DNA from: a virus
Taxonomy: Duplodnaviria > Caudoviricetes
Virus record (IMG/VR): IMGVR_UViG_3300037307_000196
Location: 1-43,441 of that record
DNA: 43,441 nt
Reading direction: 5' to 3' (one strand)
Shown: positions 8,992 through 17,376 of the stretch, piece by piece
How the letters are laid out: each line of letters starts with the position of its first letter
Numbering within the stretch: the stretch's first letter is position 1
Translations under genes and position numbers: made by a program
Notes under the pieces: model-generated
Told to the model about the DNA's origin: nothing
Database searches by the model: none
What the model saw: the letters and a program-made list of their open reading frames with translations, nothing else

Positions 8992-11342
8992 TTCTCGCGC
9001 AGCTCTCAACCGACGACCTCGCTGACCTTCAGACGAGCATCGACGGCATCGTTTGCGCGGTCTTCAAGATCGACGTCCGGCGTGCCGTCCTTGCGATCGA
9101 AGGGAAGATGGTTTCGGTTCTCAGCTCAGCGTGGCGGGCCGCCGTCAAGGATGGGCTCGGCGACGGGATCGACGAGCTGGTCAAAGGCCCGTATACCAAC
9201 GAAAGGATCGACACCTTCCTGAAGAAGCTGGGCATGCAGCTCAAGGCGATCATCAACCCCGCGAGGGCGAAGACGCTGGAGAGCAGGATCAAGGCGATCT
9301 ACGCGCTGAGCAAGCAGGAGGCAGCTCGCCAGGCAAAGGGAAAGTTCGTCTTCGGCATGCAGGACGAGCGGGCAATCGCAGCGACGAACAACCAGCAAGT
9401 CTTCTGGGTCAACAAGCTCTACAGCACGCAGCTCTCGCAGCGCGTCAGCGCAGTGTCGAAGGACGTGCTACTTGAGCGCGGGCTTGGGCACCGCGAGGCT
9501 GGCGGGGCGCTGATGCGGGCGCTTCGGCAGGACTTGGGGCTCGCGCCGGGTGCGGCGCCGTCGGAGTTCGCGCCGCTCGTTCCGGCAAGGTACGCCGGCA
9601 ACCCGCAATACTACTTCCAGCAGGTCGCGTCGGTTGCTGGGCATCAAGCCCGCACGTTCGGAAGGATGCGCGGTTTTCAAGACTGCGGCGTGGTCACGTT
9701 CGAGCTGGTCAACCCGATGGACGAGCGGACCGGAAAGGTCTGCACCGAGATGCACGGGCAGGTCTTCACTGTCGACGCCGGCATCAAGCAGATGGACGCG
9801 ATCGTCGCTGCGAAGGACCCGAACGCGGTGAAGGCGGTTGCGCCTTGGGTTCCAGCAAAGGACATCCACTCCGCGCTAGGCGGGGCGAAGGCCGGTTCGC
9901 CTGAAGCGACCGGCAAGCTGCTCGGGCTCAACGTGACGCTGCCTCCGTTCCACCCGCTTTGCAGAACGGAGCCGGTGATCCTGTCAACGGGCGCGCCGCA
10001 GCCAGCCGCACCGCCGCAGCCAAAGCCGGTGCGACCGCCGAAGCCTCGGCCGCCGAAGCCGCCACCGCCGCCACCGAACCCGCAGCTCGCCCAGCTCGAG
10101 CGTGAAAGAGCGAAGCTCGAGGGTTACTCGGGGGCAGCTACCCCGGGCGATGGCGGCATGGTCGAGAACCAGGATGTCCGATGGCGTGTTGAGCAGTGGG
10201 AAGGGAAGGACTACGTCGTTGTTAGGTTCAAGGTCACGCCGCAAAGCGGGCCTGGCGTCGAGGCCGCAATGCGATCTATGGGGGCTGTTGAAGGAAAGCA
10301 AGCCCCGTTTAGAGCGGCGGTGATTGACCCCAAGACCGGCGCGGTTCGGCATACTGGGGATCTTGGCAATATGCGGTTCGGCGGGCTGCGGGTGCGGGAG
10401 GCGGGGAGGCAGGTCGTTCTTGTGACGCAGAACGGGGCCATGAAGAACCTGCTCGAGATCAGGATACCCGGTACTGATGTAAAGAAGGCGCAAGCTGCGC
10501 TTGAAGAGGTCGCGAAGAAGCTGGGCATTTCGAACCCGGCCGCCGTGCCGACGGCTGCGGAAGTTCGCGCGTTGCAGCAGGCGCGGATCATTACGCAGTG
10601 GGATCGGGAGGCGTGGGCCGAGCTGCAACGGATCAGCGGCCCCGTGACCCCTGACAAGGTTGACGAGATATTCAAGCGCGCCGTCAAGCGCAACCCGTCG
10701 CTGCGATCGATCCTCGACGACATGAAGCAGACCGAGGTTGCTTCAGGGCACGTTGCGCAATACTCGCCGGTCCAAGCGAAGGCAATACAGGAGGCTGGGG
10801 TTCGGCACTTGTACCACGACATCTCTGACCCCGACCGCGTGCCGCTGCTTTTGGAGAAGGATCCGGCTCGGTCTGGCCTGTTGTCGTCGCTGCAACGCTA
10901 CGAGCGCGGTGTCTTTACGAACGGGATGAGCACGGCCCGCGACTTCGAGACTGGCGGCGCTGACTCCGTGTTCACTCGCCTTGCGACGCAACCGGATCGC
11001 GGGAGACACGGGTGCCGCATCATCATCGATCCGAAGGTGCTTGGCCGATCTGATTGGTACGCTTTCGAGGGGGATCGTTACGGCGCTGCCGGGCCGGCGC
11101 AGTACCCGTCGCGCATGCTTGGGAAGGACATTCAGGGGCACGCTCGAAAAGGCGGGTTCGGCAGCAGTAATGAAGTGATGTTCCAGCACGGCATTCCCGT
11201 TTCTGACATGAAGGGGATCGTGATCTCCGACGAACGGCATCGGGCGGCCGTGATCAAGAGGCTGCGCGAGAAGGGGATCGAGCAAGTCAACGGGAAGAAG
11301 CTGGAAGACTTCATTGTCAACGACGCAAGCAAGATCAAGTGA
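8973..11342 (+). CDS. MuF / SPP1 gp7 head morphogenesis protein with C-terminal ADP-ribosyltransferase-like extension
   Basis: GAGGAG RBS then GTG 8973; MuF motifs MDERTGKVC..HG and LPPFHPLCR; Pro-rich linker; C-terminal LYH..GLLS..DSVFTR..NEVMF..IP..KGIVI. Confidence 0.82.
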   Translation: MARGHLVLAQLSTDDLADLQTSIDGIVCAVFKIDVRRAVLAIEGKMVSVLSSAWRAAVKDGLGDGIDELVKGPYTNERIDTFLKKLGMQLKAIINPARAKTLESRIKAIYALSKQEAARQAKGKFVFGMQDERAIAATNNQQVFWVNKLYSTQLSQRVSAVSKDVLLERGLGHREAGGALMRALRQDLGLAPGAAPSEFAPLVPARYAGNPQYYFQQVASVAGHQARTFGRMRGFQDCGVVTFELVNPMDERTGKVCTEMHGQVFTVDAGIKQMDAIVAAKDPNAVKAVAPWVPAKDIHSALGGAKAGSPEATGKLLGLNVTLPPFHPLCRTEPVILSTGAPQPAAPPQPKPVRPPKPRPPKPPPPPPNPQLAQLERERAKLEGYSGAATPGDGGMVENQDVRWRVEQWEGKDYVVVRFKVTPQSGPGVEAAMRSMGAVEGKQAPFRAAVIDPKTGAVRHTGDLGNMRFGGLRVREAGRQVVLVTQNGAMKNLLEIRIPGTDVKKAQAALEEVAKKLGISNPAAVPTAAEVRALQQARIITQWDREAWAELQRISGPVTPDKVDEIFKRAVKRNPSLRSILDDMKQTEVASGHVAQYSPVQAKAIQEAGVRHLYHDISDPDRVPLLLEKDPARSGLLSSLQRYERGVFTNGMSTARDFETGGADSVFTRLATQPDRGRHGCRIIIDPKVLGRSDWYAFEGDRYGAAGPAQYPSRMLGKDIQGHARKGGFGSSNEVMFQHGIPVSDMKGIVISDERHRAAVIKRLREKGIEQVNGKKLEDFIVNDASKIK

Positions 11343-11349
11343 GGTCGCC

Positions 11350-11715
11350 GTGTACGTGTTGAAGAAGACCTTCAGGTTCGAGGCCGCGCACCGTTTGCCA
11401 CACCACGACGGGAAGTGCAAGCGGCTGCACGGGCACTCGTGGATCGCGACCGTTGAAGTTGCTGGGCATGCGCTCCAGCTCAACGGGCCGGCGCAGGGGA
11501 TGGTCGTCGACTACGGAACGATCAGCGCAGCAATGCGCCCGCTCCTCGACGAGTACCTCGACCACCACTTCCTGAACGAGACGCTCGACATCGAGAACCC
11601 GACGAGCGAGCACGTCGCCGAGTGGCTGTACGACCGGCTGCGCGTTCGGCTGCAAGGGCTCGTCGCGGTCACGGTCGAGGAGACTTGCACGGCCGCGTGC
11701 GAGTACCGCCCGTGA
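11350..11715 (+). CDS. queD: 6-carboxy-5,6,7,8-tetrahydropterin synthase
   Basis: FRFEAAHRL..KCKRLHGHSW..GMVVDY..LDHHFLN..NPTSE..V.VEET. Confidence 0.95.
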   Translation: MYVLKKTFRFEAAHRLPHHDGKCKRLHGHSWIATVEVAGHALQLNGPAQGMVVDYGTISAAMRPLLDEYLDHHFLNETLDIENPTSEHVAEWLYDRLRVRLQGLVAVTVEETCTAACEYRP

Positions 11716-12305
11716 CACGCTACCCGATCAAGGAGTGCTTCTACTCCTTGCAGGGCGAAGGTGTGCGGGCCGGGTGCCCCAGCATCTTCCTGCGCTTCTC
11801 CGGCTGCAACCTGAAGTGCCGGAAGGAGACGCACGGCTTCGACTGCGACACGGAGCATCAGGGCGGCGAGGCGCTGACCGTTGAGGAGATCGTGCGGCTC
11901 ATCGACACCGCCTCGCCGAGGTGCCAGTGGGTTGTGCTGACGGGCGGCGAACCGGCGCTGTTCATGGACGCGCCGCTTGTCGCCGCGATCGAGCAGCAGC
12001 ACCACTACGTTGCCGTCGAGACGAACGGGACGCTACCGCTTCGGTGCGTCGTTGACTGGATCGCAGTGTCGCCGAAGCGCGGGGCCAAGCTCGTGCTCCA
12101 GCACGCCGACGAAGTCCGCGTCGTCGTCTCGGCCGGCGACCCGCTGCCGCAGGTCGACATCCTGACGGAACACCGCTTGCTCAGCCCCGCGTTTGTAGGC
12201 GATACTCTCCCGCCTGAGAACCTCGAGCACTGCATCAACCTCTGTTTGGAGAATCCGCAATGGCGCCTGAGCGTGCAGCTCCATAAGATGATCGGGGTGC
12301 GATAG
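11712..12305 (+). CDS. queE: 7-carboxy-7-deazaguanine synthase (radical SAM)
   Basis: ECFYSLQGEG..FLRFSGCNLKC..CDT, VLTGGEP, VETNG, VSPK, WRLSVQLHK; GTGA coupling to queD. Confidence 0.93.
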   Translation: MTRYPIKECFYSLQGEGVRAGCPSIFLRFSGCNLKCRKETHGFDCDTEHQGGEALTVEEIVRLIDTASPRCQWVVLTGGEPALFMDAPLVAAIEQQHHYVAVETNGTLPLRCVVDWIAVSPKRGAKLVLQHADEVRVVVSAGDPLPQVDILTEHRLLSPAFVGDTLPPENLEHCINLCLENPQWRLSVQLHKMIGVR

Positions 12306-12309
12306 GCGC

Positions 12310-12798
12310 CTACGGCTGCTTGAATCGTCTGCCTGCTTGGAGGTTTCGGTGCAACTTGTGAAGGCGCCGCCATTCTTGGTCGGTAAAGATGCGGCGCCCG
12401 CGCGGCGTACCCGACGGGCTTGGCCCGCGTGCGTGCGCGTCCAGCACGATCAAGACCCCTTCCCGCCAGACGAGAAAGTCCTGCTGCTTTCTCGTTTGCA
12501 GCGGGTAAGCGTCGAAGTGCTTGATGATAGCCGGCAGCTCCTCGCGTCTTCGCACAACGAAGTGCAGCATCGGGCTGCCGGCTGTTGGACTGGCACTTCT
12601 CGGTTCGGCTGTCCCGACGCCGAAGAACTCTTCCAGCTCGACCAACACACCGGCACCATCGGCGCGCTGCGTGACGGAGAACGCCGGAGTGACGGTGTTG
12701 TAGTGGCGGGCTCTCTTGCCGCTGTTTCTGAGGTACACGCCGAGGACAAAGCACCCCTCGCCGTCCGTAAACCCCGTTACCCAGTGCGGGTCGAGCAT
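12310..12798 (-). mobile_element. Free-standing single-motif LAGLIDADG homing endonuclease gene
   Basis: [45 protein letters not shown]; GGAGG RBS on minus strand. Confidence 0.9.
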
Positions 12799-12829
12799 CG
12801 TGTGCCTCCATCCGCGTGTTGCTGCACTG

Positions 12830-12859
12830 ATCATATGCGAAAGGTACAGGCGAGATCAA
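12830..12859 (-). promoter_or_regulatory. Putative minus-strand promoter for the LAGLIDADG gene
   Basis: Minus strand TTGATC(12859-54)-18 nt-TATGAT(12835-30). Confidence 0.5.
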
Positions 12860-13474
12860 ATGGGCGCCGTTGATGCACAAGCAGTGGGGCGTGAGGTAGG
12901 CTTTCCGAACTTCGGAAAGCCTGAAGCCGAAGCGACTGTCCGGCGCCTGATCGAGCTGATCGGCGACGACCCGGCGCGTGAGGGCTTGCTCGAAACGCCG
13001 GCGCGCGTCGTGCGGTCGTGGGGCGAGCTGTTCTCCGGGTACGCTGACGGCCCGCAGGACTACGCCAAGGTCTTCACCGCGGACTACGACCAGATCGTCA
13101 CCGTTCGCGGCATCGACTACTTCTCGATGTGCGAGCACCACATGCTCCCGTTCTTCGGCAAGGTGAGCATCGGCTACCTGCCCAACGGCAACCGCAAGGT
13201 GCTCGGCGTGTCGAAGCTGGCCCGCATCGTCAACGTCTACGCACGACGGCTTCAGATCCAGGAACAGATGACGCAGCAGATCGCGCAGGCGATCGGTGAC
13301 GCGGTCGAGCCGAAGGGCGTTGCTGTCGTTGTTGATGGGGTGCACCTCTGCATGATGGCGCGTGGTGTTCGGCAGCACGAAGCCTCGATGCGGACAAGCT
13401 GCATGCTGGGGTCGTTCCGGGAGAAGCCAGAGTCGAGGGCCGAGGTGCTGGCGCTGCTCGGGGTGGGCCGGTGA
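12860..13474 (+). CDS. folE: GTP cyclohydrolase I
   Basis: [45 protein letters not shown]. Confidence 0.95.
   Translation: MGAVDAQAVGREVGFPNFGKPEAEATVRRLIELIGDDPAREGLLETPARVVRSWGELFSGYADGPQDYAKVFTADYDQIVTVRGIDYFSMCEHHMLPFFGKVSIGYLPNGNRKVLGVSKLARIVNVYARRLQIQEQMTQQIAQAIGDAVEPKGVAVVVDGVHLCMMARGVRQHEASMRTSCMLGSFREKPESRAEVLALLGVGR
12898..12922. repeat. Palindromic motif copy 2 (perfect 12-bp arms, inside folE 5' end)
   Basis: AGGCTTTCCGAA-C-TTCGGAAAGCCT. Confidence 0.75.
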
Positions 13475-14112
13475 GGACAGTCCTCATCTTGAGCGGGGGG
13501 CTTGATTCAACGACCCTGCTCTACAAGCTGCTTGCCGACGGTGAAGAGGTCGGTTGCCTTTCGTTCGACTACGGGCAACGCCACCGCCGCGAGCTGGGCT
13601 GCGCGGCTCAGGTGTGCCGCTTGCTCGGCGTCGAACACCACGTCGTTGAGCTGTATCCGCTTCAGCCGCTTCTGGCCGGCAGCGCCCTTTCTGACCCCGG
13701 TGTTGAGGTGCCTGAAGGGCGCTACTCAGAAGAGACGATGCGGGTGACAGTGGTCCCGAACCGCAACATGATCATGCTCTCTATTGGGATCGCGTGGGCC
13801 GTTTCGGCAAAGGCGACCCGTGTGGTCTACGCCGCGCATAGCGGCCCCGCTACTTACCCTGACTGCCGATCAGAGTTTGTGGTGCTCGTTGACGCGCTCG
13901 CCCGTATCTACGATTGGCACCCTGTCCGGGTCGAAGCGCCGTTCGTGCATATGGACAAGGGGCAGATCGTCCGACTTGGGCTTTCGCTCGGGGTGCCCTA
14001 CCAGCGGACGTGGACATGCTACAAGGGCGGGGAGTACCCTTGTGGAGTCTGCGGGGCGTGCATCGAACGTCGCGAGGCGTTCGAGGCAGCCGGGGTGCCA
14101 GACCCGCTCTAG
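13471..14112 (+). CDS. queC: 7-cyano-7-deazaguanine synthase
   Basis: [39 protein letters not shown]; GTGA coupling to folE. Confidence 0.95.
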   Translation: MRTVLILSGGLDSTTLLYKLLADGEEVGCLSFDYGQRHRRELGCAAQVCRLLGVEHHVVELYPLQPLLAGSALSDPGVEVPEGRYSEETMRVTVVPNRNMIMLSIGIAWAVSAKATRVVYAAHSGPATYPDCRSEFVVLVDALARIYDWHPVRVEAPFVHMDKGQIVRLGLSLGVPYQRTWTCYKGGEYPCGVCGACIERREAFEAAGVPDPL

Positions 14113-14161
14113 CGGGTTGGGCCGGTGGCGACGCCGGCTTGACGCGGTCGAGGAGTAGCCG

Positions 14162-16096
14162 ATGCCAAACTGGTTGACCTACTACTTCGCAGTTGACCCC
14201 GGCGAAATGAGCCTTCTTCTGCGCAACGGGGTGAAGTGCAATGTGCTTGTCTCCTACGCCTTCTTCAAGGGGCGCGAGGAGGTGGCCCACAAGCTGACCG
14301 ATCAGATTAAGGCGGCCGGCAAACGGCTGATGCTCGACTCGGGTGCGTTCTCGAACGTGCAGCGGCCCGGGACGGTCTCGCTCGAGCAGTATGAGGCGTA
14401 CTTGAAGGAGCACCGGAAGCGGTGGACCGAGTACGTCACCTTCGACGACCTTTGCAGCCGGGACAAGACGATTCGGCAGCACGAAGCTCTGCTGGCAAGG
14501 GGCCACCGCCCGCTCTTCGTCGACCATATGCGGATGCGCGAGGACGAGCGGGTGCTCAAATACTGGAAGCGTGACGACAAGGTCGCGCTCGGGGCGTTCG
14601 GCGTCTTCAGGGACCGATCGGCTGGCGCGGCCGGGTACAAGCAGCAGCGCAACCCGCACGAGGCGCTACACAAGAAGGCCGAGGACGGGCGCAAGCTCAA
14701 GACCACGGTGCACCTGCTTGCCGTTTCGTCTCTAACCCGCTTCCTTCATCACGCTGACGTGATCAGCAGCGTTGACTCTGCCGCGTGGGGCCGCTCCGTC
14801 GCTTTTGGGAAAGTGCTCGTTGCCGAGCGCCGCGACGTGGGCGGGGTGCAGATCCCGATCCTCGCTAGGTACGACCACCCGCGGGCGCGCGTGCGCAAGC
14901 GCCCTATGACCCCGAGGGTGCGCGAGCTGGCTCGTGCTTTCGTGTCCAAGCGCAAATGGTCAACGTCGGGGGTCGGTGTCTACAAGCTCTTTGCCTTGGA
15001 GCAAATCGAGGTTTACGTGAAGGCGCTGAACTCGATGTCGCCGCAAACCATCGTCGAGGCGGTGAAACGGCACAAGGCGGAGAAGGAAGCGGCGGAGATG
15101 ACCAATCGGCGGTACTACTTCTTGGACGACGACGCCGGCGAGGACGCTTGGAGCAGCGAGGACATCGCGAAACGCGGCGAGCGATCCGCGGCGTTCTACG
15201 ACCTGGAAACGGTCAGTGCCTCGGTGCTTTGCTGCGCTCCGGACCTTGAGCTGCCGAGGCTGCACGCACGGGCGCATGCTGGCGACACGCTGCTCGCTGA
15301 GCAGCATCTGCTCATCGTGCAAGAGATGGCGAAGCGGGGCATGCCGCACGCCTTCAAGCCTGGCGCGCTGCTTGACTGGTCGACGAAGTCGCTTGGCGAG
15401 CAGATCGGGCTGTGCGAGGCCGAGCTGTCGGAGCTGGGGCTGATCGAGAAGCAGATGGTGCTTCAGACGATCATTCTGTCCAAGGTGCGGTTCGAGACTG
15501 CCGCGGCTGCAAAGAAGTGGATCACGGATCACAACTTTGCGGTTAAGGCCGGCGCCCCCGACGAGACTGGCGACTCGTGGCGCTTTCGGCAGCGCGAGCC
15601 CGGCGAGTTTGAGCCCGGGACGTTCAGAACGATCAGCATGACCGACGGGGTAAAGGCCGTGGTCGGGCAGCTCAAGGAGAGCAAGCGCGAGAAGCAGGCG
15701 GCCGATGAGCCTGATGCTTACGCCGACGTGCGGCTGCTCCCGGTCGAGAAGGCCGACGAGGACAGGCGGATCGTTCTCGGCGTCGTGCTCGAGCCGAACA
15801 GCGTCGACACGCAGGGCGACACGATCTCGCCCGATGAGATCGAGCACGCGGCGCATCGCTGGCTGGCGAAGTACCAGGACCGGGGCTTCATGCACCGGCA
15901 GATCGTCAACGGCAAGATCGAGATTTACGAGAGCTACCTTGCCCCGGTGAACTTGACCCTCGGCGGGCAGAAGGTTAAGAAGGGGACTTGGCTGCTCATG
16001 TACCACGTTCTGGATGATGACCTGTGGTCGGCGATCAAGCGTGGGGACATGACCGGGTTCTCGATGGGAGGGTTTGCCAGGCGAACGCGAGTGTGA
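14162..16096 (+). CDS. Fusion: TGT/DpdA-like guanine transglycosylase (N-terminal) + two small linker domains + XkdF-type prohead serine protease (C-terminal)
   Basis: N-terminal LVSY, LMLDSGAFS (D59), VALG, VHLL, SVDSAAW (D205); C-terminal IVLGVVLEP..DTQGD..EIEHAAH..GFMH..GTWLL..LWSAIKRGDMTGFSMGG; no stop between them. Confidence 0.85.
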   Translation: MPNWLTYYFAVDPGEMSLLLRNGVKCNVLVSYAFFKGREEVAHKLTDQIKAAGKRLMLDSGAFSNVQRPGTVSLEQYEAYLKEHRKRWTEYVTFDDLCSRDKTIRQHEALLARGHRPLFVDHMRMREDERVLKYWKRDDKVALGAFGVFRDRSAGAAGYKQQRNPHEALHKKAEDGRKLKTTVHLLAVSSLTRFLHHADVISSVDSAAWGRSVAFGKVLVAERRDVGGVQIPILARYDHPRARVRKRPMTPRVRELARAFVSKRKWSTSGVGVYKLFALEQIEVYVKALNSMSPQTIVEAVKRHKAEKEAAEMTNRRYYFLDDDAGEDAWSSEDIAKRGERSAAFYDLETVSASVLCCAPDLELPRLHARAHAGDTLLAEQHLLIVQEMAKRGMPHAFKPGALLDWSTKSLGEQIGLCEAELSELGLIEKQMVLQTIILSKVRFETAAAAKKWITDHNFAVKAGAPDETGDSWRFRQREPGEFEPGTFRTISMTDGVKAVVGQLKESKREKQAADEPDAYADVRLLPVEKADEDRRIVLGVVLEPNSVDTQGDTISPDEIEHAAHRWLAKYQDRGFMHRQIVNGKIEIYESYLAPVNLTLGGQKVKKGTWLLMYHVLDDDLWSAIKRGDMTGFSMGGFARRTRV

Positions 16097-16124
16097 TTGA
16101 ATGTAGAGCACTTGGCCGGAGCAG

Positions 16125-17309
16125 TTGATCGAAATGCCCACCATGCCGAAGGACGCAGAGGCGAGACTCACGGACCTTGACGTTCGTGAGGTCTCGGTCG
16201 TTGATCGCCCCGCAAACAAGCGCCGCTTCCTCATCGTCAAGAGGGACAATGGGGGGCTGGCCGTGATCAGAACGGAGGAAGCAATGCCGAGGACTGCCAT
16301 CCCGAGGGACGCGGCGGAAGAGTTCGGGCACATCTTGGAGAGCGACGACGAGCCGGTCGGGATCCTCAAGGACGAGGACATCGCCGACTTGTTCGACGCG
16401 ACGGGGGAGCCCGACGACGCGGAAGACGCCGACGCCGGCGCCGAGGAAAAGCCGGAGCTGGAAGCCATCGAGAAGGGGATGGCGGCCGAGGCCGCGAAGA
16501 TCGCCAAGGCTGCGGTGCAGCGGCTCATGTCGGTGGCGAACAAGCTGAAGGCGCAGAAGGAAGGGAGCGCGAAGCTCGCTCCCCCGCTCGCGAACGACGT
16601 TCGCACGGTCGCCAAGGCGCTCGCGGCGCTGGCCGAGAAGATCAGCGGCAAGGGTGACAAGGGCAAGGCGCCGGCCGAGGGCACGGAGAAGGCCGCGAAG
16701 GACGCGCTGGCGGTGGTGACTGCCGCGCTCGAGAAGCTCATGTCGACGGCGTCCAAGCTCCAGGCGCTCGAGGCGGACGCTGACGTGCCGCCGGCCATCG
16801 CTGGGGACCTGCGCGCCATCGCGACGGCGCTGACGGCGCTCGTGTCGGCGGCGCCAGCCGAGGAGGAGATGGGCGGCGGTAAGAAGGGGAAGGGCAAGCC
16901 GGCGCCGGAGGAGGAGCCCACGGCGAAGTCGCTGGCGAAGCCCGAGGTCTTCATCGCGAAGGCCGACTCCGACGACCCGGAGATCATCATCAAGGCCGGG
17001 CGCAAGATGAAGCGCACCCGCTTCTCGCTGTTCAAGAAGGCGGTGGAGATGCTCCAGGAGGTGCTCCGCGAGCTGGAAGAGACGCAGAGCGCCCCCGCCG
17101 GCAAGAAGCCGAGCAAGGCCGAGAAGTCCGACGAGGACTTCCAGCAGAAGATGCTGGACAAGCTCGACGGCATCAAGGAGGAGGTCGGCAAGGTCAACAA
17201 GCGGGTCGACGAGCTGGAGACGGCTCGCCCGACCGGGACTGACGATGACCCGCCGAAGCCGGTCGAGAAGCGCCAGTCGATGTGGGGCAACGTGCTCGGG
17301 CTGAAGTAG
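16125..17309 (+). CDS. Capsid scaffolding protein with N-terminal protease-type EVSxVDxPAN motif
   Basis: LTDLDVREVSVVDRPAN N-terminus; Ala/Lys/Glu-rich helical body with two internal repeats; KAGRKM motif; directly before MCP; start may be 16134 or 16143. Confidence 0.8.
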   Translation: MIEMPTMPKDAEARLTDLDVREVSVVDRPANKRRFLIVKRDNGGLAVIRTEEAMPRTAIPRDAAEEFGHILESDDEPVGILKDEDIADLFDATGEPDDAEDADAGAEEKPELEAIEKGMAAEAAKIAKAAVQRLMSVANKLKAQKEGSAKLAPPLANDVRTVAKALAALAEKISGKGDKGKAPAEGTEKAAKDALAVVTAALEKLMSTASKLQALEADADVPPAIAGDLRAIATALTALVSAAPAEEEMGGGKKGKGKPAPEEEPTAKSLAKPEVFIAKADSDDPEIIIKAGRKMKRTRFSLFKKAVEMLQEVLRELEETQSAPAGKKPSKAEKSDEDFQQKMLDKLDGIKEEVGKVNKRVDELETARPTGTDDDPPKPVEKRQSMWGNVLGLK

Positions 17310-17376
17310 CTCGGCAGAACGAAGCAGGCAAGGCGGCCTGGATACCGCCATCACGATACGACGAGGAGAAGGGAAG

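Noticed and set aside
12306-12860. Group I intron or intein around the LAGLIDADG gene
   Set aside because: queE and folE are each intact and the HEG is antisense and intergenic
14113-14161. preQ1 riboswitch before the TGT fusion
   Set aside because: Only a short GCCGG/CCGGC stem; no A-rich tail or recognisable aptamer consensus
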